Counted from the stretch's first letter, positions 9,487 to 21,100 are shown. The stretch is 64,000 nt of DNA from Bryobacterales bacterium (GCA_963422375.2 OY729427.2:288001-352000), one strand, 5' to 3'. Made by a program: numbers and translations. The notes: generated from the sequence alone by a model not told the origin.

Positions 9487-11040
9487 TCATCCTCGTTCGA
9501 CCTCGAAGGCTGTCACATTGCGCGCCTTCCTGCTGAATTCCACGCCAATCAGAAAAATCGTGTGGTCCGATCCGCGGTACTTGTCGGCGTAGCGTCTTGC
9601 CTTAAGCTGTTTCATCGCTGCTCCCCCGGAAGCCGACTCAACCATCTTGAACTCGAGCAAGTAAATGCTCTCCTTGTATCGCACTGCCATGTCCAAGCGT
9701 CCGAGACTGCTGCTGTCTTCGACAGTGATATCCAATCCAAGGGCCGCAAAATACGAATAGAAGACACTCGCATAATATCCTTCGTAGTTCGCAATTTCAT
9801 TATTCGTATGCCACTCGTACAGAATACTAGCAAACAACGATTGAAATAAGACCTTCATCTCACCGAAATCGCACGACTCCAACAGTCTGAAAAAGCGGAT
9901 ACTGCTAGTTCCGAGACGAGTTGTATCCTGAACCAAATAGCGGAGCAGACTTCGATTCAGACCCTGTCGTACTTCACGATTTGGATACCCTAGCCGGAAG
10001 AGTCGCTCTCCTCCTATTTCTTCTTCACCAACGATTGTCAAGTATCCTGTTTGGAACAACAGCGCCTCCGTTGCCATATCGTCGACATCGAACGTGGACA
10101 ATAGATCGCTACTAGCAATGAGATTGTCTAGATCCATTGATCGTACTTGACGTTTGAACAGCGTCTTGACCAAAAAGCTCGGAGTGCCCGTTTCAAACCA
10201 GTAGGACGAGAACCGACGATGGTAAAAGAGTAATAGAATGTCAAACGGGTTGTATACTTTCTCCTCACCGAGCCAACTGTATCCATTGTACCAGTGACGA
10301 ATATTCTTGCGATTTAACCCAGACAGTTCCGCTGAAAACACTCGATCCAAATCTTGGTCGGCATATCCGCAGATGGACGAATATCTTGGATCAATTGTGA
10401 TGTCGATTAGACTGTTCAGTCCAGAAAACAGATTCACTCGTGAAAACTTACTTACGCCTGTAATGAAAGAAAATATAATATGCGAGTCTGCATCCTTTAT
10501 GATCGAATAGATGCCACGAAGATAGTCTCGATTTGTGCGAGCGATCTCCGAATTATCCAGTGCATCCAAGATTGGTTTGTCATATTCATCGATGAGGACA
10601 GCAACCTGATTTCCCGACTTGCGATGGAGCAACTCTAGCAAGTGTCGCAGCCTTTCAGGTCCAGTATCGTAGCCTGAATTTACGTTTTCATGACGCTCCA
10701 CTGCATCTAGTTGGGCCATCAGACTGGTGTGAAGATAGCCTGCTTGATTGAAGTCACCGCTGCCAAAGCTCAGCCTTAGTACAGGATATCGGACAGTCCA
10801 ATCCCAAGAAGTTTGTATTGAGAGTCCTTCGAAAAGCGACCCATTCCCCTCGAATAGCTCTTTAATTGTGTCAAGCAACAAGCTCTTTCCAAACCGTCTC
10901 GGACGAGACAGGAAGAAATGCGTCCCGTCATCCAGAAGTCGTTGAACATACTGGGTCTTGTCCACGTAATAGCAGTCCCGCTCTCGAAGGCTGCGAAATG
11001 ACTGAATGCCAATGGGCAGCCTGCGTCTTGTCGCTCTCAC
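9487..11040 (-). CDS. AAA-ATPase-like domain + C-terminal PD-(D/E)XK nuclease protein
   Basis: LPIGIQSF, YYVDKT, Walker A SRPRRFGKS, Walker B VLIDEYDKP, YNPF, WFETGTP, GRLDMAV...LLEFK, QLKARRYADKY. Markedly lower GC than the flanks. Start GTG 11040 (ORF open to 11094). Confidence 0.93.
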   Translation of the reverse strand: MRATRRRLPIGIQSFRSLRERDCYYVDKTQYVQRLLDDGTHFFLSRPRRFGKSLLLDTIKELFEGNGSLFEGLSIQTSWDWTVRYPVLRLSFGSGDFNQAGYLHTSLMAQLDAVERHENVNSGYDTGPERLRHLLELLHRKSGNQVAVLIDEYDKPILDALDNSEIARTNRDYLRGIYSIIKDADSHIIFSFITGVSKFSRVNLFSGLNSLIDITIDPRYSSICGYADQDLDRVFSAELSGLNRKNIRHWYNGYSWLGEEKVYNPFDILLLFYHRRFSSYWFETGTPSFLVKTLFKRQVRSMDLDNLIASSDLLSTFDVDDMATEALLFQTGYLTIVGEEEIGGERLFRLGYPNREVRQGLNRSLLRYLVQDTTRLGTSSIRFFRLLESCDFGEMKVLFQSLFASILYEWHTNNEIANYEGYYASVFYSYFAALGLDITVEDSSSLGRLDMAVRYKESIYLLEFKMVESASGGAAMKQLKARRYADKYRGSDHTIFLIGVEFSRKARNVTAFEVERG

Positions 11041-11461
11041 GATATCCACCAACGAGGGCCGCAATGAGGGCAAAGTCCTGCCGTGTCCCGGCATGGTACG
11101 CGAGCTCCCATTGTGGAATAGTCAATTGCACGGTTGGCATAGCTCCGAGACAATGGCGCTCCCCGACCCGGCGAGCGGGCGAACAATCTCCAGTCCGTCA
11201 CTGCACCCGTCCGAACGCAGCAAACGCCTCTGTTCCCGTGCAGTCCGACACGCCTCACAAGCCTATCCTAGCAGTACGCCGAATGCACGCAGGGGCCGTT
11301 CAAGCGCGCTGGGGCGGAAACGCATCCGCGTCCCGGTGTCCCGTTGTCGGACGAGCAGATGCATCCCGCGCGACTTCGGCACGTCGCGGGGGGAGGGGGG
11401 CGACCGCACCGTTCCGGCCGCGACGGGTGCAAGAGGAGCCGCCCCTGATGCCCTTGGAATC

Positions 11462-14317
11462 CTACTCAGGGCGCTCGAAGTCCACCCAGACCGGGCTCGA
11501 CCAAGCGATCTGGCCGTTGCCCTGGACAAGACGCACATGGTAGTGGGCGCTGGCCGTTTGCGGAGCGTTTTCATCGCGGTAGGAAACCGCCATCTCGGTC
11601 GTCCCCGGCTCGGAGCTGTACACGATCTCGCCGCTCCGGATGATCTCGAGGGACGCGACCGGAGCGGTCGCGTGGACGCGGACGGCCAGCTCCGGAGCAC
11701 GGCTCGCCCGGGCCTCGGAACCCATCTTCAGCGGGAGGCCGGTGCGGGCCCGAGCTTCGAACTGCAGCACGATGTTGTCCGTCGCCGCGTAGGTTCGCCG
11801 TTTCTTGATCGCGTCCAGGATCGCCCGGTTGGTGAGTTCCGGAGCCCACACGCAGGCATACGACTGGTGGGTGGACTCGTGGTCGGAATTGGATAGCAAC
11901 CCGATGCGCAATCCCTTCTTCCATGCGTTCCAGACGAAGCCCACAGGCTGGTTGGTGCCGGCCTTCGCGGGCGTGTTTTCCTCCTCGTACGATCCTCTCA
12001 GAGCCTGGAAGACCTCGACGACCGGCTCGGCCCGCGGGTCGTTGTCTCGCCAGTCCGTGCCCCCGCCCCCGGCCGTCGTGTGGGCGATCGCGATGTCGCC
12101 GGTTTTCAGGAGTGCCGGATACAGGCGTTCCGCCCAGCTCTCGTTGCCAGTGAACTCCTCGTCGGAGATCGGGACGGGCTGCATCTCGCGCCGCGTCGAA
12201 ATGACATTGCGATGGCCGCCGGGAAACGTCACGGTGCGCTCGTAGCCGAAGAACGTGGCGAACCGACCGGGCTGGTTGAACATGGTGGCGAGCTGGCGCG
12301 TCCGCCACCACTGGTACTTGTAGTAGTGCAGCCGCTCGGCTCCCGAGTGGTCGGTTACCGCCAGGAAGTCCAGCGCGCCGGCATCGAGCGCGTAGCGGTA
12401 CTGCAGGAGTACGTCGCCGTCTCTCTGGCTGTCGGCGGACAGGTCCGAGTGCCGGTGCAGGTCACCTCGGAACAGCCTCAGCGGCTCCTTGTCAGCCCAG
12501 CGCGCCGCCCGGACCCGCGCTAGGTCGGCGGCCTCGGTGGGGGCGGCATCGACGAATTCGCCGCCGCCTGCGGCGAACGGCCGCATCCGCTCCTCGTTGT
12601 CGAACGCAGCGCCGGCATCGAAGAGGGCGTAGCGCAGCTGGGAGCCGCGCACGTGCGGATTCTCGAATGACCTGCCGTCGGACGGCCAAACCACATGCGC
12701 TCCGCCGTCTGTTCGCGCCAAGGCAATCTGCGCGGATGCGCCCCCCGTGCTGAGCGGAAGATCGACCGCGGGCAGCCAGCGCGCGCCGTCGAATCCCGCG
12801 ACGCGAATGTCCGACATGCCCCGGATCGTGTCGTACCACGGCTGCATGCGCCGCTCGTCGCTGCCGAGCTGGACCAAGAGTTCGTGCTCAGCCGTCGGGA
12901 ACCGCAACATCGACTTGCGGAAGAAAACGTAGGGCACTCCGCCTGCCCCGATGAAGAGCGTCGGGTACTCGTGCAGATCCGACATCCACTTCGGGACGGA
13001 GTCCGCCAGCGACGTCTCGGGCTCCGTCCACTCGCCGTCGGCGTAGCGTGCCAGGCGCACTTCGCTGGTCGCTCGCAGCTGCGTTCCGGGCCGTCCGAGC
13101 ACTCCCCAGTCCTTGCCCCAGTTCGGGCCGGCCTCCGCCCAGGCCAGCCACACCCGATTCCGGGCATCGACCGCCACGGAGGCCTCAATCGCGCGGTTCG
13201 CCCCTGACGGAAGCTCGATCGGCGGGTGAGACACTTCAGCATCCAGCCTCCGGAGAAAAATCCCGTAGCTACCCCGCTCGTAGCTGTCCCAAGCGGCCCA
13301 CACCGAGCCGTCGGGGGCGGCGGCCAAGTCCGGGGCCCAGTCGTTGGCTGCCGAGTCGCTGACAACGAGCGGCTCGGACCAGCGGCCCTCGTAGCGCGAC
13401 GCGACGATATCGAGGCTGTCGCCCCGAAACTCCTGCCACGCTACCCACGGCGCGCCGTCGGTCGCTGTGACGGCGACAGGGAAGAACTGGCGATTCCCGG
13501 AAGGCGACACGTAGACGTCGTCGCCCCAGTCTTCCGCGACGGGATCGAACGCGCGGTCGACAAGCCTCCAGCGATCATCGGCGTACTCGCTCCACAAGAC
13601 GTGGACGCGGCCGTCTGCACCGCTTGCGAGCGCCGTGCCCGAGTAGTCTCCCCATGCCGGCGTCACCCGGTACGTGCTCCACCGCTCGCCCTTGCGCCAG
13701 GCGAGATAGACTGCGTTGGCCTCGCTGTGGAAGGTCGTCCACGCGACGAACAGCCCGCGCGGCGTCGAGACAGCCGCCGGGAGATCGTGCTGGCTGGCTT
13801 CCCCCCGGGTCAGCGGCCTTGCCGCCGGCGCGCCGACGGCTGCCGCCTCCCCACCGAAGAACTCGATCCTGCCCTTCGAGTCGAGCTCGGCGAGGCCGAA
13901 TTCGAACTCCCCGCGATTCGTCTGCACCGAGAGGCTCGCGGTCGGCGGGGCCTCCACGCTCAGGTAGACGCCGTTGGGCAGGATTGGGACGCCTTGGGGC
14001 AACTCGATGCGGAGGCGGTACCCGGCGTCCTGCGGGCTGAACTCGCGGGCCTCGAAGTCCCAGCCGCTCGCGCCGACGATCCGATCGGGCCGGTTGAAGT
14101 GCCAGCCCCAGGTGGAATGGATGGTTCCGGCCGAGACCGCCGCCCGCCCGGTCCAGCGCAGCGGCTCGGTTGCGCGAAGCCCGAATTCCAGCTTCACCAC
14201 GCGGTTCGCCGTGGGGTGGTCGATCACGGTCCGAGGCGTCTCGACGCCCTCCGCTCCGCGAGGCGCGGTCAGCGCCAATAAGGCAGCGGCAGCGATGGCG
14301 GTCCGGTGCAGTCGCAT
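11462..14317 (-). CDS. Exported beta-propeller + PHP-like metallohydrolase (DUF3604/CehA-McbA-like)
   Basis: Signal peptide; repeated W-x-x-W blades; RGDLHRHSDLSAD, AVTDH, GHRN, NSDH, TYAATDNI, AWSSPVWV. Confidence 0.8.
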   Translation of the reverse strand: MRLHRTAIAAAALLALTAPRGAEGVETPRTVIDHPTANRVVKLEFGLRATEPLRWTGRAAVSAGTIHSTWGWHFNRPDRIVGASGWDFEAREFSPQDAGYRLRIELPQGVPILPNGVYLSVEAPPTASLSVQTNRGEFEFGLAELDSKGRIEFFGGEAAAVGAPAARPLTRGEASQHDLPAAVSTPRGLFVAWTTFHSEANAVYLAWRKGERWSTYRVTPAWGDYSGTALASGADGRVHVLWSEYADDRWRLVDRAFDPVAEDWGDDVYVSPSGNRQFFPVAVTATDGAPWVAWQEFRGDSLDIVASRYEGRWSEPLVVSDSAANDWAPDLAAAPDGSVWAAWDSYERGSYGIFLRRLDAEVSHPPIELPSGANRAIEASVAVDARNRVWLAWAEAGPNWGKDWGVLGRPGTQLRATSEVRLARYADGEWTEPETSLADSVPKWMSDLHEYPTLFIGAGGVPYVFFRKSMLRFPTAEHELLVQLGSDERRMQPWYDTIRGMSDIRVAGFDGARWLPAVDLPLSTGGASAQIALARTDGGAHVVWPSDGRSFENPHVRGSQLRYALFDAGAAFDNEERMRPFAAGGGEFVDAAPTEAADLARVRAARWADKEPLRLFRGDLHRHSDLSADSQRDGDVLLQYRYALDAGALDFLAVTDHSGAERLHYYKYQWWRTRQLATMFNQPGRFATFFGYERTVTFPGGHRNVISTRREMQPVPISDEEFTGNESWAERLYPALLKTGDIAIAHTTAGGGGTDWRDNDPRAEPVVEVFQALRGSYEEENTPAKAGTNQPVGFVWNAWKKGLRIGLLSNSDHESTHQSYACVWAPELTNRAILDAIKKRRTYAATDNIVLQFEARARTGLPLKMGSEARASRAPELAVRVHATAPVASLEIIRSGEIVYSSEPGTTEMAVSYRDENAPQTASAHYHVRLVQGNGQIAWSSPVWVDFERPE

Positions 14318-14479
14318 CGCTGGGAATCCTACCAGCTTGGCCGTGATCCGAGAGAATCAGGACGCGGGCGGGCTCATCGCGAGCGACCAGAGTCCGGAGT
14401 TCGGGGCATGGAATCCGGTCGCCCGGCCCGAGCAGGCAGCGAGGAACGCTGCTAGACTCAACGCCATTGGAGGCATCCG

Positions 14480-15505
14480 GTGAAACGCATTCTAGTGCTC
14501 TTGCTCGCCATCTCGGCGGTGACTTTCGCGGCCGACAAGAAGATCGTGATTCGCGCCCTGTCCGGCGGCTTCGCCTACGACGACGACGCCATTGCCGCAT
14601 ACAAGAAGGAGGCCGGCAAGGACGCTGACATCGTCGTCGCGCGCTCCATGGAGCAGTTCGCGAAGGAGGTCGCGGACGCGGACGGAGTCGTTGGCGGCAT
14701 CAGCAAGGACCTCTTCCCCATGGCGAAGAAGCTCGCGTGGGTGCAGTCGACCAGCGCCGGCGTCGAGGCGTACAGCTTCTGGCCCGAGTTCATGCAGAGC
14801 GACGTCCAGCTGACGAACTGCAAGGTAGTCCAGGGCCCGACGATCGGGGACCACGCGTTCGCCCTCCTGCTCACGCTGACGCGCGGGATGTACGACTACG
14901 CACCCAACCGCCGCCAGTGGAAGTCGAGGAACGACGCTCCCAAGGGCATGACCGAGCTACCGGGCTTGACGGCGGTGATCATCGGCATGGGCGGCATCGG
15001 CATGCAGATCGCGCAGCGCGCGCATGGTTTCGGAATGGACGTGATCGGCGTCGACCCCAAGAACATCCCGGTCAGCAACTACGCCCCGACGATCGTGCCC
15101 CCGGACCGGCTCGACGAGGTTCTGCCGCGGGGCGACGTGGTGTTCGTGGCGGCTCCTCTGACTCCCGAGAGCGAGCATATGATCGCGTCCAAGCAGTTCG
15201 GCCTGATGAAGCAGGGCGCCTACTTCGTCGCGGTGTCCCGCGGGCGCCTCTACGACAAGGGCGCGCTGATCAAGGCCATCGACAGCCAGAAGCTCGCTGG
15301 GGCCGGCCTGGACGTGACCGATCCCGAGCCGCTTCCGGCCGACGACCCGCTGTGGCAGTTCGACAACATCGTAATCACGCCGCACGTGGCTTCCCACGCG
15401 AAGGGATCCGACACCCGGCGGCTGGGCGTGATTGCCGGCAATGTGGGCAGGTTTGCCCGCGACGAGCCGCTCACGCACCTAATCGACAAGTCGGTGGGCT
15501 ACTAG
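14480..15505 (+). CDS. D-2-hydroxyacid dehydrogenase family protein with N-terminal signal peptide
   Basis: IIGMGGIG, VSRG, LDVTDPEP, TPHVA; GGAGG RBS; N-terminus MKRILVLLLAISAVTFA. Confidence 0.92.
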   Translation: MKRILVLLLAISAVTFAADKKIVIRALSGGFAYDDDAIAAYKKEAGKDADIVVARSMEQFAKEVADADGVVGGISKDLFPMAKKLAWVQSTSAGVEAYSFWPEFMQSDVQLTNCKVVQGPTIGDHAFALLLTLTRGMYDYAPNRRQWKSRNDAPKGMTELPGLTAVIIGMGGIGMQIAQRAHGFGMDVIGVDPKNIPVSNYAPTIVPPDRLDEVLPRGDVVFVAAPLTPESEHMIASKQFGLMKQGAYFVAVSRGRLYDKGALIKAIDSQKLAGAGLDVTDPEPLPADDPLWQFDNIVITPHVASHAKGSDTRRLGVIAGNVGRFARDEPLTHLIDKSVGY

Positions 15506-16030
15506 CGCCGCGAGCGGCAGACCTTCTCCATCGCGTGGAAGCGATGGCCGCGCCGTGTTCGAGCGAGGCGGCCGGATGGCCTCCGCGGCACGGTTTCGCT
15601 TGATGCAGCAGCGTCCAGCGAGCCGGATCCAAGCCCCGCTCGGCGAGCGGGCCGCGCCCGCCTCCTCGGTGTCGGGGCCTTGGCGTAGCGGACTGTTACC
15701 GGTCGACCTTTCGCACGAGAAGCGGCTGTGGCGGGCATTGCGGCCGCCCCGAAGTCAAATCGGAGGGTTCCTTCGGCAGAGGGCGGTGTCGGCACGGGCA
15801 GGCAGACGCTGGCGATTTGGCGGCAGCGGGCAAAGGCGGGAACCTATGCGAAGCAACATGACTCCTGACAAGACGCTGGCGAGCGCACGCCGGCTCCCGA
15901 GACGGGCGGGCCGCAGAGAGAGACCTGTTGCGCCAAATTGAAACGGCATTGCAGCAGGGCTGCGGCGACGGCCCGGCCCTCCTGCAAGTCTCTTCGGAGC
16001 GTCGGTAGCGAGAGCGGCGGCCTGGGGACT

Positions 16031-18070
16031 TCACGGCCGGACAACCCCCAGGGCCTGCTTGACCTCCTCGTCTCCCGGCAGGAGTTCCAGAGCGCGGCCC
16101 AACTCCCTGGCGGCGCTGGCGTAGTCCCCCGAATGCCCGTACACCAGTCCGAAGTTCTTGTGGATCTGGCCCCGAGCGGGGCAGGCCCCGCAGGCGTCGA
16201 GGGCCCGGCGAAACAGATCGAAGGCCCTGTCCCAGCGCTCGCGCTCCGCTGCCGCGAGCGCGAAGTTCCACAGCGTGCCAGCCCGGTCCGTGTCCTGCTC
16301 TTCCGCCTTGAGCGCGGCGAATCGCTCGCGGTGCTCCCGCGCCCTTTCCGGGGCGGTCTCGCCGAGGGCCTGGGCTAGGTTGTAAATCGCCTCCTTGTGG
16401 CTTGGGTCGAGCGCGACGGCCCGCTCCAAGTGCGGAAGCGCTTCCGTCGCCTGCCCGGCCTGCGCCAGCGCCAGGCCGAGGTCGTAGTGCAATTGCGTGT
16501 CGCGTGGCTCCGCCTCGGCCGCTAGCCGGAGAAGGTCGATGGCCCGGGCATCGTTTCCGACCGCTCTCTCGATGGAGCCCAGCAGCTGCAAGGCGGGAGC
16601 GTACTTCGGGTTGAGCCCGACCGCCGTCTCGAGAGCCTCCCGCGCTTCGGCCGACCGTCCGAGATCGCGCAGCGCCCGGCCTCGGTTGCAGTGCGCCAGG
16701 TAGGATTCCGGATCCAAGCGGACGGCCAGGTCAAACGAGGCCAGCGCCTCGTCCAGCCGACCGCCCTCGGCCAGCGCGATGCCGAGGTTCAGCCGCGCCG
16801 CGGCGGACGATGGATCGGCACGGACGATCAGCTCGAAGTGCGGCACGGCCTCGAGCGGTCGCTTCAGGCGGGTCAGCACCATGGCAAGACCCTGACGAGC
16901 CGCGACGCTGTCCGGAGCGAGGCGCGCCGCCGCCTCGATCTGCGCCAGGGCGTCGGCGAAGCTTCCCTTCTCCGCCAGCTTGAAGCCTAGGTTGAGGCGG
17001 GCCTCGGCGTAGTCCGGCTTCAATTCGACCGCCTTGCGGAACATGGCCTCCGCCAAGGGCCCCCTGCCCAGGCTCTCGTAGGCGACGCCAAGGTTGGCGT
17101 GCGCCTCGGCATGTGCGGGATCCTGCCGGATCACCTGCTGGTACATCTCCCTGGCCCGTTCGGGATCGCCCGCGCTCATGCTCTTCTCGGCCTGACGCAG
17201 GAGCACGGAGATGCGGGAGGCCCGCTGGGCGCTCTGCCTCAAGGCCTCGAACCGCGCCATCTCGGATTCGCTCTCGGCGGCCCTGCCGGCCTGCAATAGC
17301 ACCTTGGCCAGGCGGTAGCGGATGTCGGGGTTGTCGGGCTGCACCGCCGCCGCCTTGCGCAGAAAGGCCTGCGATTCCTCGTCGGCTCCGCGCTCGGCCA
17401 GCACGGCCCCGAGGTTGAACAGGGCGTCCGCGTGGCTAGGGTCGATCCCGACGGCCCGCCGGAACTCCCTCTCGGCCTCGTCGAGCCGGTCGAGCCGTCT
17501 CAGGGCCAAGCCGCGCACGTAGCGGCCCTCGAAGCCTTGCAAGGCCTCCCCGACCAGCGCGGCATAGCGGTCGACCTCCGCGAGCGCCTCGTCGAACCGC
17601 ATGCCCCGCACTAGCACCTTGCCCAGCGTCAGGCGCGCCTCGGCCCGCGACGGATCGAGCGAGAGGCCGCTGCGCAGCGCCTCGGCCGCCTCGGCGTAGC
17701 GCCCCAGTTCCGCGAGCACCGTCCCGTAGTTGAAATGGATCGTGGCCTGGCCCGGATAAGCCGCGACGGCCCGCTCGAGAACCGCTGCGGCGGCGGCAGT
17801 GTCCCCGTCGCGCCGATATCGCTCCGCTTCGGCCAGACTCGCTCGGGGCGTCTGGGCGCAGAGCCCGGCGACCAGCACGCAGGCCGCTCCCAGGACTAGT
17901 CGGAATGCGCCCCTGCCGATAAGAACATGCCTCCGCGCCGACCCTGGCTGAAGGGACTTCAAGGCATCCCACCCTTCGGAATCCCAGTATGCACGCCGCC
18001 AGCCCACGGCACCTGCGCGAGCAGGCTCTACGCGGACCGGCCAAGGCTGCGCGAGACCGCCCGTTTTCAC
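16031..18070 (-). CDS. Exported multi-TPR protein
   Basis: More than 12 TPR units (HFNYG, LFNLG, ANLG, LNLG, YDLG). Start uncertain (TTG at 17962 is plausible). Directly downstream of the TonB receptor. Confidence 0.88.
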   Translation of the reverse strand: MKTGGLAQPWPVRVEPARAGAVGWRRAYWDSEGWDALKSLQPGSARRHVLIGRGAFRLVLGAACVLVAGLCAQTPRASLAEAERYRRDGDTAAAAAVLERAVAAYPGQATIHFNYGTVLAELGRYAEAAEALRSGLSLDPSRAEARLTLGKVLVRGMRFDEALAEVDRYAALVGEALQGFEGRYVRGLALRRLDRLDEAEREFRRAVGIDPSHADALFNLGAVLAERGADEESQAFLRKAAAVQPDNPDIRYRLAKVLLQAGRAAESESEMARFEALRQSAQRASRISVLLRQAEKSMSAGDPERAREMYQQVIRQDPAHAEAHANLGVAYESLGRGPLAEAMFRKAVELKPDYAEARLNLGFKLAEKGSFADALAQIEAAARLAPDSVAARQGLAMVLTRLKRPLEAVPHFELIVRADPSSAAARLNLGIALAEGGRLDEALASFDLAVRLDPESYLAHCNRGRALRDLGRSAEAREALETAVGLNPKYAPALQLLGSIERAVGNDARAIDLLRLAAEAEPRDTQLHYDLGLALAQAGQATEALPHLERAVALDPSHKEAIYNLAQALGETAPERAREHRERFAALKAEEQDTDRAGTLWNFALAAAERERWDRAFDLFRRALDACGACPARGQIHKNFGLVYGHSGDYASAARELGRALELLPGDEEVKQALGVVRP

Positions 18071-18112
18071 GGCGGTCTCGCATCGATGATCGAGCCGACC
18101 CGTCCTGCCGGG

Positions 18113-21100
18113 TCAAAAGTAGAGCTTCAAGCCCATCTGGATCTGGCGCGACCGGTTCGCCGTCCCGAGCACCCGGCCGAAGTTCCCACGGCTGATGTTG
18201 GAGGATGGCGCGGCGTACTGCGGGGAGTTGAAACCGTTGAAGAACTCCACGCGGTATTCCATCCTAAACGTCTCCGTAAAGGAGAATATCTTGAAGAACG
18301 AGAAGTCGACGTTGTTGATTCCGTCGGCTCGCAAGGAGTTCCGCCCGGCGTTCCCGAACGTACCGGTCTGGGGCACTGCGAAGGCTGCCTTGTTGAGCCA
18401 TACGGCCGGCGTGGGGTTCGACGGATTCGGGTCGCCTACATAATCCGGCCGGTAGCGGCCGTTTGGCAGGCCGGTCCCGGCGATATCGCCGTTGACGTTC
18501 GGGGTGTAGGGCTGGCCCGAAGTGAAGAGCGCCAGACCGTTGAACTTCCAGCCTCCTAGGATCGCTTGCAGTGCGGGGCTGTCGAAGCGGAACGGCAGTT
18601 CGTACACCCAGTTGAAATTCAGGTTGTGCGTGAGGTCAATCCCGGACACGCTGCGATCCAAGTTGAAGTTGTAGGGATTCTGCTGGGAGCAGTTCTCCAC
18701 GAACCACCCGGAGCACCCGATGTCAATCGACTTGGCCCAAGTGTAGTTGACCATGAAGGCGAGGCCCTTGGAGAACCGGCGGTTGTACTGGGCCTGCAGG
18801 GAATGGTAGTTGCTGCGCCCCCACGACGTGAGGTAGTTGTTCGCGCGGAAGAGCGGGAACGGAGCGCGCTGGCGCGCCTCCGACGGCTTCCCGGGAGTGA
18901 GAGCGACGTTGTAGTAGGTCCCGAGCGGCATCCGGCGGTTGCCGGACCCGACGTAGTTGACTTGCAGCATGGTCGCGTCGTCGAGCTGGCGCTGAATGCC
19001 GAAGTTCCACGTCATCGAGTAGCCGTTGTCCATGCGCGGATCGGAGTACCAAGCCCCTTGGTTGTAAGGCGTGGCGGTAGGCAGGATGCCGGTCGGCGCG
19101 GGGTTCTTGGCGGAGACGTTCGGGACCGTGTCGGCCGGATTCGTGCCGTTCTGCAGCTTCCTGCCCACGTCGGGCCAGGTGTGCCCGAGATTCTGCGTGT
19201 TCTGCGTCACTCCGGCGAAGTTGTCGAAGAACACGCCGGTGGACAAGCGGATGGCTGTGCGCTCGGTCAACCTGTAGGCAAGACCCAGACGCGGCTGCCA
19301 GCTCTTCGGCCACGGGTCCTGGACGTATCCGTTGGCCGCGACCTGCACGCGGTCCGGGAGGGCACCGCTCGGATCGGGCAGGCAGGGCGCCACGCGCTTG
19401 ACCTCGCACGTGGGAGGAGCGGCGGTGATCCAGTAGATGCCGTCGTTGTAGTCGATGTTGCCGAACTCGACGGAGTTCTCCTCCGGATTCCCGAAGCGCG
19501 GGAGAACGGTGGCGTCTAGGCGCAAGCCGATGTTCACGGTCAGCTTCGGGGTGACCTTCCACGAGTCCTGCGCGAAGAAGGAATACAGAGCGCCACCGCG
19601 AGCGCGCTTATGAAAATCCCTCCTGGACCATGCGTTCGGGACGTTGAGCAGGAACGACGCCAGCGGATGGCCCGTGCTGCCGGGGCTGGCCGGGCTGGCC
19701 GTGCCGACCGTGCTGAAGTTGTTGGTGTGGTCGTTGGTCCTGCCGAAGTGGCCGATGATGTTGTACTCGGCACCGATCTTGAAGGTGTGGTTACCCGCAA
19801 TCTTCGTGTAGTCGCCCTTGTACTGCCACGTGTCGCTGGTGCGGGTGTAGCCGATGCGCTCGCCGCCCCCGAAGTACTGGGCAACGCCCACGTTCGGCAC
19901 GTAGGATGTCCCGCCGCGAAATCCGCCCGCGAATTCGGGGTTCCATCCGACGGTGGAGATGAATCCGTCGGGCACGTTCGCGAAAGAGTTGCCAGTGTCG
20001 CGCTTGACGTCCGTCCGCGCGAACGAGACCTGCAGGATGCTGGTCGGATCGAACGTATGGACCCAGTTGGCGGCGACATTCAGATTCTCGATGTCCACGA
20101 AGCTCGTGAGGCCCTGCCGCCCGGCTGACCCGGTCTGGTTGCTGAACTGGCCGCTCACGCGGACGAAGGCGGCGTCGGCATCGCTGAAACGGTGGTCTAT
20201 CCGCCCGGAATACTCGTCCTGGTCGAGGGCGGTACCCGTCGTATCGCGCTGATTGAGGTTCCCCAAGTCGGTGCCGAGGCTGATCGGCATCGGCACGGTC
20301 TGCTCGAGGTAGTAGAGAAATCCCGCGTCGAGCCGGCTCGGCGGAATGAAGTTGTTGCCGAAGGGTTCGCGCACGGCCTTCCCGTCCGGCCCGACGGTCG
20401 TCGAGTACGGATCGAAGATCTGCCTGCTCGAGTCGCTGAGGTCCCCGCCCCTGTTAGCCGCGGTGGGGACTTGATAGTTCCGATTGGCCGGAGCGCGGTT
20501 GGTGAACCGCTGGACCGCCGCGTAGTAGAAGGTCCTGTTCCGCACTACCGGCCCGCCGATCGTCGCTCCGAACATGTTCTGCACGAGCGACGCCTTGTCC
20601 TTGAGGAAGGTGTTGCGAGCATCCAGGTTGTCGTTGCGGTGGAACCACCAGCCGCTTCCACTGACCTTGTTGGCGCCGGACTTGGTCACAACGTTGACTA
20701 CCCCGCCGGTGACGCTGCCGAACTCGGCCAGGTCGTTGTGGGACTGGACCTTGAACTCCTGGATCGCGTCGATGATCGGCGGCACGGCGTAGGTGCTCGT
20801 CATCGTGCCCTGGTTGTTCACGCCGTCCGTCAGAAAAAGGTTGCTGCGGTTGTTCTGGCCGTTGATCGACGGGAAGCTGAACGTGCCCACGGACGTGCTG
20901 CCGAAGCCGCCCCGGCTCTGCGCGACGTTGACGGGCGAGGCGCCGGGCGTGAGCATGAGCAGCTGGGTGAAGTTGCGCCCGTTGAGCGGCAGGTCCACGA
21001 CCTGCTGCTCGGTCATCGCCGTGCCCAGTTCGGAGGACGACGACTGCACCTGCGCACCGATCGCCTCGACCGTCACGGACTCGGTGACGGCGCCGACCTC

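Noticed and set aside
15852..15870. AGCAAC..GACTCCTGACA match to the TnpB copy-2 right end
   Set aside because: Only an 11-bp exact match with no flanking similarity, expected by chance in 64 kb.
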